Part shown: one piece after another, positions 10,401-19,461 of the stretch
Layout of the letters: every line of letters starts with the position of its first letter
Numbering within the stretch: the first letter of the stretch is position 1
DNA from: Salinispira sp.
GTDB lineage: Bacteria > Spirochaetota > Spirochaetia > DSM-27196 > Salinispiraceae
Length of the DNA: 64,000 nt
Assembly: GCA_965602015.1 (NCBI GenBank)
Contig: OZ271918.1
Span: forward strand, 1,568,001-1,632,000
Direction: 5' to 3'
Program-made: the position numbers and the translations under genes
The notes under the pieces: generated by a model
What the model was told of the DNA's origin: nothing
Seen by the model: only the letters and a program-made list of their open reading frames with translations
Database searches by the model: none

Positions 10401-12416
10401 GATGATATTTTCACGAACGGCTATACTGGTTAATCGGGTGACAGGCACATACTTGTTCAGCCGCAAGAGCTGTATGCCAGGAATTCCCGCATTCCCAACG
10501 CGATCGACCGCGCGAACCGCCAGGGCCCACAGTCCGTTGTCCTCGTTGTTGAGGGTAATGCGGTTTTCCGTCCTGCTGATCACTGAAGATTGGGTAAATC
10601 CCTGACTCACCAGGGTCGCAGCCTGCTCAAAACTATCGAGTTGGGCATCTTCCCGTCCCAAGTACTGAAGGCGGATCTGGTAACCCGACAGATCGTCCTC
10701 GGTATTGGGAATCCAGTTAAGGGCGATGCTGTTTGAAAGCAGAAAGCCGTCCTCATCGAGGGGCATACGGCCAAAGCGGACCTGTGCAGGGGGTATCAGG
10801 TCCAGATCATAGTTGATGCGGCTCACAGGGGAACGGTTGCCCGCCCGGTCGAGGGTTTGCAGATAAAGGGTCCATGTGCCGTGGGCGTCGGCTACCAGAT
10901 TAAGGCTGTCCGCTAAACCGATGTCAAAAAAATCCCCGGATTCCGGCGGACCGTCGGCAGACCAGGCATAGCTGATGCTGCGCACACCGGCGGGGTCGTC
11001 GGGAATTGCGATTCGGTATTCAACGTCGGAACGATTGTACTCTCTTCCGGGAACATAGCTCAGGGGAATGGCCCGGGGAGCATCCGCCCGTATATCGGAT
11101 ATACGAATTACCAGCGAGCTGATTTGCCGGCGGAAATCTCCGGCCAGATCCTGATTCCAGTTTTCCCTTTGGAGCCAGATGAAATAAGGTTTGCCGTTGA
11201 ACATCGCTGCCCGGGGAAATGCATAGGCTGACCGGTCATCGGAAAGCTGATCTGAACTCCAAATTCCATTTCGGTCCGGGCTGGCCAGGAGCACCTGGGA
11301 GCGGCGCAGCAAATCCGAGTAATACAGTATGTATTCTTCATCCCGGTGGATAAAATATCCCCCGTAGCTCGCCGAGCGGCCTCCGTCGCTTACCGGCAGG
11401 GAGTTGCGCTCTACTGCCCGTATGATGCGGCTCTCCATGCTTCCCTCGGAATCCAGGAGGGCTGTGTGTATCTGAACGTTTGCACCGCTGCGGTTTCGCT
11501 CAAAAACCAGGCGGGGCGAGCCGTCGGGGGAAGCAAGCAGCCGGGGGTTCTGATTCACATAAAACCGGGGCTCGATATTTGCTATCGCCGAATCCTCCGG
11601 ATCTTCAAATCCACTGATAAGCCGGGGTTGGCTCCAACTCAGCCCGTTGTCCACACTGATGCTGCTGTATAGCTCGGAATAATACCCGATGGGGGCAGAT
11701 GCAATCGCCTGCCGCTGAAAAACCAGGTAGAGCCGATCCCTGCTCTCCAGGAGAACGGGGTTCAGCACCGATGAGTTATCCGCGGGGTCGGGATTATCCA
11801 GGAGAGTAAAGTCACCCCAGCCCCGACCGTCTTCGAACCGGCTGTACAAAACATCGGTTCTGGGCTGTACCGCCTGCAGCTGTTCATCAGCCTCGAGCCG
11901 AGAAACAAAGAGAAAAAAACCTGAGGAGGTGGAGTAAATCCTGGGCTCTACGAAAATCTGGTTATCAATTTCGAACTCCCGGCTGAGCGATAATTGATCG
12001 CCGGGATTTGATCCGAGGGTAAAATGGCCCAGCGATCCGTCGGAACCCAAAAGAACCAGGGAAAGCCCCCGTTCATTGGCGGCCACCGAATACACCGGAG
12101 GGACAAATACGGTCTCCAGCAGAATAGGTCTCCCGATATTCTGCTCATCCTGCCAGTCAAACCCGTCCTCGCTGCGCCTGACCCGAAGGGAAATAAAGCG
12201 CTGACCGTCTTCATCGGTAACAATCCGTTGATAAAATAGCAGGAGGGAATCCCCAAAGCTGATCAGCTGGGGGAAGCGCACATCATCGTCGCTGAGCAGG
12301 GCCTGAGGCTCAAGGTAGATTGCCGTTGTACCCACTCGCTGGGCCACAAGGGGCTGGACGGCTATCGCGGCAAGAACAAGGCTGAGCAGTAATCGTCGAA
12401 CCGTCATGTCTCCCAT
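7440..12416 (-). CDS. Large membrane sensor: Asp-box/BNR and Ig-like extracytoplasmic region, HAMP domain, SpoIIE/PP2C phosphatase
   Basis: Signal peptide; Asp-box-like motifs RSEDGFDW and SVDNGLSW; three hydrophobic helices; HAMP (NPIRKL...KDELHFLSETINQM); PP2C motifs VSGDYF, CDVSGK, LFTDGIDE, DDLT. Start set at the TAATG overlap with the upstream stop. Confidence 0.88.
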   Translation of the reverse strand: MGDMTVRRLLLSLVLAAIAVQPLVAQRVGTTAIYLEPQALLSDDDVRFPQLISFGDSLLLFYQRIVTDEDGQRFISLRVRRSEDGFDWQDEQNIGRPILLETVFVPPVYSVAANERGLSLVLLGSDGSLGHFTLGSNPGDQLSLSREFEIDNQIFVEPRIYSTSSGFFLFVSRLEADEQLQAVQPRTDVLYSRFEDGRGWGDFTLLDNPDPADNSSVLNPVLLESRDRLYLVFQRQAIASAPIGYYSELYSSISVDNGLSWSQPRLISGFEDPEDSAIANIEPRFYVNQNPRLLASPDGSPRLVFERNRSGANVQIHTALLDSEGSMESRIIRAVERNSLPVSDGGRSASYGGYFIHRDEEYILYYSDLLRRSQVLLASPDRNGIWSSDQLSDDRSAYAFPRAAMFNGKPYFIWLQRENWNQDLAGDFRRQISSLVIRISDIRADAPRAIPLSYVPGREYNRSDVEYRIAIPDDPAGVRSISYAWSADGPPESGDFFDIGLADSLNLVADAHGTWTLYLQTLDRAGNRSPVSRINYDLDLIPPAQVRFGRMPLDEDGFLLSNSIALNWIPNTEDDLSGYQIRLQYLGREDAQLDSFEQAATLVSQGFTQSSVISRTENRITLNNEDNGLWALAVRAVDRVGNAGIPGIQLLRLNKYVPVTRLTSIAVRENIIGDLVFRFAGRGFTANGLINRIIFDRDGREPWDYVLNSASGDYRLVSDRVIEDITLGGFASGDYQLILDHSERGLYRHASRLSLDANGAIKLGDFDIFTPPEVSLINDGQLSFSVLDISIMLITPLLIFIIVVTLLRIRGVVRDNRVIQAEVAALVSGDAGPMTLQQLEEKVRTMQRQGMGLRAKFTIFMLILVLAVVAVISLPLSNFILSNQQQILAQGLYDKVELTLQSLSIGAADILESDDLVFQKARDLRALTNQVAALEEIDFVTITSGPAGTLAVIDDQQYELDPAGREYIWVTTDPMLFANDQQIADYLSGALSELPEDPAAAVRSGGGDLPMFFRRYDDPRSQLVRTAQVQIRDPLRELIQGAGNQPAEGSDIARFNALASDDEYRQIQQQVVQADEQRSSATTSQELQEIEDQISILRNRLDEKLAEGISINSSPEYSVQNYDTGVSDYLFSFPVYWYEADFSSSYQGSVRLGVSTRLINNQIASTTRTIIIQISIFAAVAIAAGVAGALLLASITVNPIRKLVAGVELIRDTEVKEDLKGKPIEINTKDELHFLSETINQMTDGLIAAEKANKSVMMGKDVQKMYITLDPNPHDDKTKATFRQDTSSSDQLEFYGYYEGAKGVSGDYFYYDRIDDEHFAMIKCDVSGKDIEAALIMVTVASLFLRQFEGWSEEFRKKNKSKGTGYRRELSSLADSINDIIYRRQFKGKFAAFNMLTLNERTGELAFCNAGDNLVHMYRRKERKVVTIELPRTPAAGAMHEELVGMPITFPVDTARIEKGDILLLFTDGIDEGRRYLRHDDWTVYRKEEFEAVPDADDEERKRMKDAKQALEDEMAPIILGEDEGGLGESFSVPRIIEVVESVMSRKVYELKKFRNPAGDEELTFDFSNLESTLPNLILALMSVEKVYRLVPMPNLTREDRISIDKKIDDFLKEHFLQYRVYFSNPLPENEKSLYRRYSHIYEDSQYDDLTILAVEKK

Positions 12417-15400
12417 TATATGGTTCTTCCCGTTGCGCTTTCTATATCTTCCTTTAATTCTCTCAGCTTCCTGACCAGCTGATTGTCCGAGTCGGCATAC
12501 CACAGGTCCCGAACTATCGCCTCGGCTTCGAGAATCTGGTTGCTGTTCAGCAGGTCGACAGCCTGACTGAAGCGAAGCTCATCCGGTGCGGATAGCTTGA
12601 CTATCTGGTTGAACACGCTGTAGGCGATGACTACCTGGCGGCGCTCGATGTTCGCCTGGGAGCTTAAGGGGTCGATTCTCAGGGCCTCGTTAATGTTTGC
12701 CAAGGCCTGTTCGAGGTATGATCGATAAAGTTGTTCGTCATTCCTGTTATTTTGAGCGAGACGCCTGAGGCGTTGGGACTCGGAAATCAAAGGCCGAATA
12801 TCCGGCGCCCAGGGCAAGGGATTGATTTCCCCGGCGACCAGCCGGAGGTAGTAGAAGGCTTGGTCCAGATCGCGGTTTGTATTTGCGCCGATGAATTCCT
12901 GAAACGCGCGGATATTGGTAAGGAGCTCCGCCAGACTCGGATCTGAGGAAGACAGGCGTTGCTGATACTGTTGATAATTCCGCTCCAAAGACTGAAGATC
13001 GTATATGCCCGTGCCGACAATTTGCCCGATGCTTCCGATAAGCTCATCTATTTCCGCATTGAGCTCTTGTGCGAATTGCTCGGGTTGGCGCAGCTGCAGC
13101 AGTTCGAGCTCCATGATTTTCGCTTCAAAGTTTGCAGGTAGCTGAGCAAAGACCCCGTCGAGATTTATTCGCACATCCCGGACATAGCGTTGAAAGGCCC
13201 CTTCCTGCCCGCCGCTTCGAGCCTCTCGGGCATTAACAAGTCCGACCGCCGCATTGTTGAGGAAAGTGGATAGGCGGCTGTAATTCGAGTCGGTTTCCCG
13301 AAGATCCCCCTGATTTGCCAGCACAATTCCCCGGTTGATAATTTCCTGAAGGGTGGGAATTCTTGGATCGCTTTCGGTTTCGGGCAGATTTCGGTCCTGG
13401 TCTACCGCATCCTGAAGCGCATTATTTGCCAGAATCCACTCGCGCTCGTCTATCAGCTGGACCGTCGCGGCAATGGCCTCATCCCGGCGCTGTCGGGCGA
13501 TGGTAATCTTCAACTCTTCAAGCCGGGCAAAAAGGGACCCGTCGCTTTCGGTGAGCTGCCGATGCTCTTCAACCACCGCCGGATCGGCGTTTATGGAGAT
13601 AGACGAGAGATACAGCTCATCCATGGAGGCAAACAAGCGGTCAGCCGCATCGACCTCCTGACGGCTGATGGCCTGTTCTACATCGGCTCTGAAGTCCCGG
13701 GCATCCCGCAACAGCAAAAGAGACTCTTCAAGCCGCTGTCTGGCCAGAGAGAGATTGGTCTGCATGGAACGGATTTCCGATTCAGCGTTCGCCACAAGTC
13801 GGGCGTACTCTTCGCCCGGCTGGGAAACCGCTGCGGACCGGCTGATAAACTCCGGTGCCTGATCGATTTCCGCCTGAAGCCTTTGGGATATCGTAATTAC
13901 GCTCAGGAACTCTTCGGTGGCAGACTCGTATTTATCGATTGCCCTGCCGGGATAACGCAGGGTAGCCCCGCTTTCATCGAGGATGCCGGCGAGATCTGAG
14001 TCGGCCTCATCGACGAGCGACACCGCCTCGGCCTGTCTCTGGGGCGCATTTTCCTGTTCGAGAGCCAGATACTGGTTGAAGTAGTTGATAGCCAGGGTTG
14101 TAATCTCACCGTTCAACCGATCAACGTCTGAAAGATGCAGACTCAGGGCATCGCCGATGTCGTCAGCAAAAGAACCCTCTGTTTCAGAAAACGCAGAAAG
14201 CTCCTCCCTGCGAAGCTCCAGAAGATCTTGGAAGGCCGAACTAAAAATAAGGAGCTCATCTCTGAGGTCAAGGGCAATTCGGTAATTCTCGAAGGCATTT
14301 TCGCTGAGGGCAAACTGCTGCCCTGCCAGACTCTCATAGTTCAATGCGAGTCGAGAGAGAGATTCCCGGCTATTTCGCGATTCTTCTCTGATGGAGATGG
14401 CAAGCACCGCCGGGCGGTCTTCCCTTTGAACCGCAGAAGCCAGGTTGGCCGGTCCCGCCGCCGGCTGCGCTTCACCAAGCGCCTGATAATGCAAAAGTTG
14501 CTTCTGTACAAGTCCGAAGGCGTTCAAGGAGGCGGCTAAATCCAAAACCAGCTGATATTGGGCCTCCTCATATGCATCGGCGAACACATTTTCATAGTTA
14601 GCCGCAATCACCTCGGTCAGCGCGAACAGATCATCAAAGTAGCGCCGGCTTTGACGGTAGGCCGCTCCCACGATTCCTTCGCCGGGATATTCGGCGGGTC
14701 CGGCGACGAACTGCTCGATGTACAAAAGATACGGCGGATCACGGTTTTCAGCCGACTGGGGCAAAAATTCGGGGAAGCGCTCGCGCAGCTCGAGAGCCTG
14801 GTTCGCGCTTGATTCTATTGTAGCGCGTAGCCGGGAGTATCTGGCCAGCCCGTCAAAAAGTTCGAAAAGCCTGTTGTCATTTGATATCGCTGAAGAAAAG
14901 TCGGAAAGCGAGTCGGTATCAAGTCCATCGGTCAGCGAAGCTGAGATCTCCAAGGGCTCTGCGGGAAACGCCGATGCAAGTGTGGCCTGGGCATTTTGGG
15001 CAATGGTTGACCACAGCGCATCCTCGGCAATCAGAGCGGAAGTCTCGCCGGCAACCCTCCCGGTCAGATCTGCAATTTGTGAAACATATATGGGCGATAC
15101 CTGATATTGGGCCACCAGCGATGCGAACTCTTCTCTTTGGAGGCGGAAACTGGAATCCGAGTCCTGGTAGGGCTCCTCCACATTCAGGCCGCTTAGGCTT
15201 AAATAGCGCTCCATGGCGAGGAGGTATTCCTGATTTTCCATAAACTCGTGGGCAAGGTCGAGGATTCTGTCGCGATACCCCCGGTCAACAGCAAGTTTTA
15301 CTGTGGCCCGCAGTTCATCTGTTTCCTCTCCGGTAATTTCCGGGAAAAGGGACTCCAGCTGGGCGATGTATGCCAGGGCCAGTCCCTCATCCAGGGGATC

Positions 15401-16408
15401 ATCCGGGTCGTTGGGGTCTTTCTGGAGTTCGGTGAGCAGTTGCTGCAGCAGGTCGTTGTACTCGCTTCGCACCGCGCGTATCTGGGCGATCTGCTGTTCC
15501 GCATCCTCGAAGTACCGGGGGTGCAAATTCATGACGATGGAAAGCATTTCTACTGCCCGGTTGTACCGTTTGGCTGCCTGCAGGGCCCGGGAGAGCGTGA
15601 GTCGAAGCTGGCTCAGCACCCGCTCGGTGCCATCGACGGGCAACTGCAGCTGTTCTATTGCGATGATATGAGCAAAATCATAGTGGTCCACCACCGCCCG
15701 GTATCGGGAAAAAAGCTGCGCGAGATTCTCCCGAGCCGGCTCGATGCGGGTTTCACCGTCTGCTCCGCTTTCCAGAACAGACAGGTTTTCATTGAGAAAC
15801 TCGGTCTGTTCGTAAACATCGAATTCGACTATGAGATCTTCTCCGGCAGCTGCGGAACTTCTTTGAAGCTGGTCGGACTCCGATTCGAGGAACCGGCCGA
15901 AAAACCCCTGGATCAGCAGACGCTCCACCAGCGAAACGCTGCTGAAATCAAGAGTATTGGCAAAATCAACAAAGCGGGTAAAGGGCGGAATCTGGTCCAG
16001 GGCATCGGCTTCAGCAATGGCGGCAGCCCCGGATGACCGCCTGGCGTCCACAGTCTCGAGGTACAGGGTAAGAACTTCATCGAGAAACCCCTCGATAAGC
16101 CCCTCATCGGCAAATGAATTAAACTCCGACCAGGCAGGCGCATAGAGCTCCGCCAGGAGATTCTCCAGGTCGGAAACCGCTGTTTCCCGAAGAATGCCGA
16201 CTTCCTCACTTAACGAGTCGGCTTCTATCCCGTCCTCCCGCTCACCGCTACTGTAGAGAGCTTCCGCCCGGCGTTCAAGAACGCGGGCCTGACGCAACAG
16301 ATCGTCGGCGGCTTCAATGCGCTCCTCCCCCCCGCCGCCTGCAAATGCAGTTGCTGCAAAAAGCACAATGAGAAAAATACCGGCTGTAGCATGCCGAAGA
16401 CCCGGCAT
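12416..16408 (-). CDS. Giant exported alpha-helical (TPR/coiled-coil-like) protein
   Basis: 1330-aa ORF; signal peptide ending AFAGGGGEE; acidic, A/L/E/Q-rich helical composition; TPR-like segments such as ALANINEALRIDP. Confidence 0.75.
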   Translation of the reverse strand: MPGLRHATAGIFLIVLFAATAFAGGGGEERIEAADDLLRQARVLERRAEALYSSGEREDGIEADSLSEEVGILRETAVSDLENLLAELYAPAWSEFNSFADEGLIEGFLDEVLTLYLETVDARRSSGAAAIAEADALDQIPPFTRFVDFANTLDFSSVSLVERLLIQGFFGRFLESESDQLQRSSAAAGEDLIVEFDVYEQTEFLNENLSVLESGADGETRIEPARENLAQLFSRYRAVVDHYDFAHIIAIEQLQLPVDGTERVLSQLRLTLSRALQAAKRYNRAVEMLSIVMNLHPRYFEDAEQQIAQIRAVRSEYNDLLQQLLTELQKDPNDPDDPLDEGLALAYIAQLESLFPEITGEETDELRATVKLAVDRGYRDRILDLAHEFMENQEYLLAMERYLSLSGLNVEEPYQDSDSSFRLQREEFASLVAQYQVSPIYVSQIADLTGRVAGETSALIAEDALWSTIAQNAQATLASAFPAEPLEISASLTDGLDTDSLSDFSSAISNDNRLFELFDGLARYSRLRATIESSANQALELRERFPEFLPQSAENRDPPYLLYIEQFVAGPAEYPGEGIVGAAYRQSRRYFDDLFALTEVIAANYENVFADAYEEAQYQLVLDLAASLNAFGLVQKQLLHYQALGEAQPAAGPANLASAVQREDRPAVLAISIREESRNSRESLSRLALNYESLAGQQFALSENAFENYRIALDLRDELLIFSSAFQDLLELRREELSAFSETEGSFADDIGDALSLHLSDVDRLNGEITTLAINYFNQYLALEQENAPQRQAEAVSLVDEADSDLAGILDESGATLRYPGRAIDKYESATEEFLSVITISQRLQAEIDQAPEFISRSAAVSQPGEEYARLVANAESEIRSMQTNLSLARQRLEESLLLLRDARDFRADVEQAISRQEVDAADRLFASMDELYLSSISINADPAVVEEHRQLTESDGSLFARLEELKITIARQRRDEAIAATVQLIDEREWILANNALQDAVDQDRNLPETESDPRIPTLQEIINRGIVLANQGDLRETDSNYSRLSTFLNNAAVGLVNAREARSGGQEGAFQRYVRDVRINLDGVFAQLPANFEAKIMELELLQLRQPEQFAQELNAEIDELIGSIGQIVGTGIYDLQSLERNYQQYQQRLSSSDPSLAELLTNIRAFQEFIGANTNRDLDQAFYYLRLVAGEINPLPWAPDIRPLISESQRLRRLAQNNRNDEQLYRSYLEQALANINEALRIDPLSSQANIERRQVVIAYSVFNQIVKLSAPDELRFSQAVDLLNSNQILEAEAIVRDLWYADSDNQLVRKLRELKEDIESATGRTI

Positions 16409-16519
16409 CGGCGGCGTCAGAGGAAAACCTCCATTTGCGGGAATACACCCGCCCCTATCATCTAAATCGGAATAATCCGATAGAATCTTACCGCTATCGT
16501 CGATATAATATCAGAAGAT

Positions 16520-17833
16520 ATGGGAAAGTTACTGCGGCTCATTCTCACAACTTTAATCTACACGTCTCTTCTGTGCTTTTCCGTATCCGCCCAGGAATAT
16601 CAGGATTTCCTCGATTCCCTGATGGACCTCCTGCCTGGCCTTGAGGATCCGCAAAATACCGGACTCACCACCCTCCCTATCCTCGAAATCAGTCCCGGCG
16701 GTGAGCGAAGCAATCTGGGCAACGCCTATACTGCGGTTGCCCGGGATGTGTCATTTTTCGAGTCCAACCCTGCCGCCAGCTCCCTGCTGGAGCGAACCGA
16801 ACTCGCATTTTTTCACCGGAATCTCATCAGCGATGTTTCCATGGACTCGGTTATGTACAGCCAGAGGAAAAATAACTTCGGCTATGGATTTGCCGGTAAA
16901 TTTCTGCATTTTGAGTTTACCTCCCTGGACAGTAGAGGGAATCAGCTCGCATCGGCCTACCCCAGCGAGCTCCTGTTCAGTGCAAACGCCTCATACAATT
17001 TTTTTGATAACTATTATTTCAGTGGGTTGGCGGCGGGAATAAACCTCAAAATCGCCCATAGAAATGTTCCCAACCGCTTGTTCGACCGTGACTTTATTGA
17101 CCTGGCGCCGGGAAGTCAGAATTTATTTGCCTTTATGGTGGACATCGGACTGCTGTCCCGATTCAACTTCGGGAAGTTTTTCTCGGGCAGGGAAAAGAAT
17201 TTTTCCATCGGATTGAGTGCAAAGAACCTCGGTCCTCCGGTGAAGGGCGACCCACTGCCCAGCGAGGCAAGCATTGGGCTGTCTTACCGGCCGCTGAGAT
17301 TTCTTATGCTTACCTCCGATATAAGTTACCTCGGTAATTTCGTCGACTTCGGAAACTCTGAAGGAATCGGGTTCGCTGCTGGCTTGGATTTGCGCTTCGT
17401 GGAGTTTTTCTCCATTCAAGCCGGTCTTGAGCTCAGAGGCTTTAATCCCCGATTCTCCGTCGGTGCGGACATAGATCTGCGACCGGTAAGCTTTGTGGTA
17501 AATTACACACTCGATCTGACCACCGCGTCCAACGCATTGGATAATTTCTCTATTACGGCGAAGCTTGATTTCGGCGATGACGGCCGGGCAGCGCTGCAAA
17601 GACAGGTTGACGAGCTATACATTGAAGCGCTCATCGCGCTGTCAAACGGTGAATACCAACGGGTCATCGAACTGTGTGAGCAAATTATTGATCCGGAAAA
17701 CGGAATAGACCCCAGTTTTACCCCCGCGAGGGAAACCCGGGATCTTGCCCAAACCACCTTATTGAGGGAAGCTCAGTTTACGGAATTCGAGCAAAATCGC
17801 CCAGCCGTATCCCCCGAAGCTGAGACTCCGTAA
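16520..17833 (+). CDS. UPF0164 family (FadL/PorV-like) outer-membrane beta-barrel with C-terminal TPR-like helices
   Basis: Signal peptide; LPILEISPGG..LGNAYTAVA.D.SFFESNPA motif; amphipathic strands; FGDDGR followed by helical tail YIEAL.ALSNGEY. Confidence 0.8.
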   Translation: MGKLLRLILTTLIYTSLLCFSVSAQEYQDFLDSLMDLLPGLEDPQNTGLTTLPILEISPGGERSNLGNAYTAVARDVSFFESNPAASSLLERTELAFFHRNLISDVSMDSVMYSQRKNNFGYGFAGKFLHFEFTSLDSRGNQLASAYPSELLFSANASYNFFDNYYFSGLAAGINLKIAHRNVPNRLFDRDFIDLAPGSQNLFAFMVDIGLLSRFNFGKFFSGREKNFSIGLSAKNLGPPVKGDPLPSEASIGLSYRPLRFLMLTSDISYLGNFVDFGNSEGIGFAAGLDLRFVEFFSIQAGLELRGFNPRFSVGADIDLRPVSFVVNYTLDLTTASNALDNFSITAKLDFGDDGRAALQRQVDELYIEALIALSNGEYQRVIELCEQIIDPENGIDPSFTPARETRDLAQTTLLREAQFTEFEQNRPAVSPEAETP

Positions 17834-18551
17834 CCGCATACAGCAGTTCTTCCCGGCTCATTTTCCCCAAATCCAGGGCTCCGCTTTGAAGCGATTGAAT
17901 AATACGCTTTTTTCTCCGGGCCGGCACATCGATACACGCTGAAAGCTGGCTCAGCTCAGTTCGAAATTCGTCATTTTTAATCAGTTCTTTTAGTTTGTCT
18001 TGCAGCTCATCGGCAGACTGCCGTGTGGAAGACTGTTCCGTTCCGCGGAGCGAAGCATCTATATTCATAAACAGTTGCTCTAGACTGGAGACTGCATCAC
18101 TCGGAGAGAAGCTGATTTTGTCCACCCGTTTTTTTAGCAGGATCTTTTTTTCCAAAGCGGGCTTACTTACCTGCCCCTTGCGCTCAACGATAAAATAGCT
18201 GGCCACAGCAGCTGCGCTGGCTACCAGCAACTCATCGAGAAGCGGAATTGGGTCGCGGATTACAAAGGCGGTGAAGAAAAAACTGACAAAGAACACCCCG
18301 ACGGCCAGGAGGAATCGGGGGAAAAACCGGCGCTCTGCCATCCACTCCCTGACCTCGCGATCAATTTGGGTATACAGAAGGTTTCTTACCATGGCCATGG
18401 CCTCGACCTCCGGATCAATTCCGTATCGGCCCTCGATCTGCTGCTTTTCATCCAGGGAGGATAGCTGTTGCCGTTCATCAAAAGGATGAATTATGACCGG
18501 GAGATTTCTCGAATCACTGATATGGTAGATGTACATTGTTTTGTCATTCAT
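17778..18551 (-). CDS. Hypothetical two-TM membrane protein
   Basis: Two hydrophobic helices around RDPIPLLDE; start overlaps the ankyrin gene stop (ATGAATGA). Confidence 0.7.
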   Translation of the reverse strand: MNDKTMYIYHISDSRNLPVIIHPFDERQQLSSLDEKQQIEGRYGIDPEVEAMAMVRNLLYTQIDREVREWMAERRFFPRFLLAVGVFFVSFFFTAFVIRDPIPLLDELLVASAAAVASYFIVERKGQVSKPALEKKILLKKRVDKISFSPSDAVSSLEQLFMNIDASLRGTEQSSTRQSADELQDKLKELIKNDEFRTELSQLSACIDVPARRKKRIIQSLQSGALDLGKMSREELLYAVTESQLRGIRLGDFARIP

Positions 18552-19461
18552 GTTCGGGAAATAAGGTAACCATTTCGCTCTTGTTAAACAAGCGGGCATA
18601 TTTTTCCGCAGTCATTCCCAATTGATCGCTGAGGCTCAGATCGGCGCCGGCTTCAATGATTCTGCGGGCTATCTCAACGTGGCCGTCGCCCACAGCCATC
18701 ATCAGCGCGGTTTGACCGCTTTTGCTCTGCACATCGCAGTTCGCCCCGGCAGCCAGGATAATCGCCGCCATATCCTCCAGACCCTGAGCAGCCGCGTCCA
18801 TAAGCGCCGTATTGCCCCGGTCCTCGCTCACCAGATTGGGATCCGCTCCGGCTTCCAGAAGCCGGGTCGCCATGTGTCCGTGGACGTTGCGCACCGCATG
18901 GTTCAGCAGGGGCACCCCTGCTCGGTCGACGGTATCTACGCTGAACCCGATACTGAGGTACAGATCGACAACATCTTCTTCGTCGTCTATCAAGGCCTGC
19001 ACCAATGCTTCGTCGTTTAGCCCGTAGCCTCTGCCAATTAATTCTTCCCGTGCCTCGTCGATCAGCCGGTAGGTTTCGTATTCTTCGATGTCTTCCTGGA
19101 GACTGCTCAGAAGTGAGTGGTCGGTGGTAAATCGGCGAACCGGGTTGAGATAGCCCGGCAAGTCCGCCGCATCATCGGAGTAGAAATACATGGTACAGTC
19201 AGCGCCGGCGGCAAATCCCGTTATAAAGGCGAGCCATCGGGACTTGCGCGTGTGCTCGTCCAGGATCATCACCACATGACTATAGCGCCCCAATTGAAAG
19301 CTCAGCTCCGTGCCGTCCAGGTCTTCCCAATTGCTGCCTATTTCAAGTCCCTGAATTTGCTCTACGCCTTTGGCCAAAAACTGAAGCAGGCGGTTTCCGT
19401 CCACCGAGGAACTGGAAAGAAATACCACTCCGACTCTGACATCATCCGGCCTTTCGATCAC
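18544..19461 (-). CDS. Ankyrin-repeat protein with an alpha/beta (possibly TIR-like) N-terminus
   Basis: Ankyrin repeats GVPLLNHA, GNTALMDAA, GQTALMMAV, GMTAEKYA with GAD linkers. Confidence 0.85.
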   Translation of the reverse strand: MIERPDDVRVGVVFLSSSSVDGNRLLQFLAKGVEQIQGLEIGSNWEDLDGTELSFQLGRYSHVVMILDEHTRKSRWLAFITGFAAGADCTMYFYSDDAADLPGYLNPVRRFTTDHSLLSSLQEDIEEYETYRLIDEAREELIGRGYGLNDEALVQALIDDEEDVVDLYLSIGFSVDTVDRAGVPLLNHAVRNVHGHMATRLLEAGADPNLVSEDRGNTALMDAAAQGLEDMAAIILAAGANCDVQSKSGQTALMMAVGDGHVEIARRIIEAGADLSLSDQLGMTAEKYARLFNKSEMVTLFPEHE

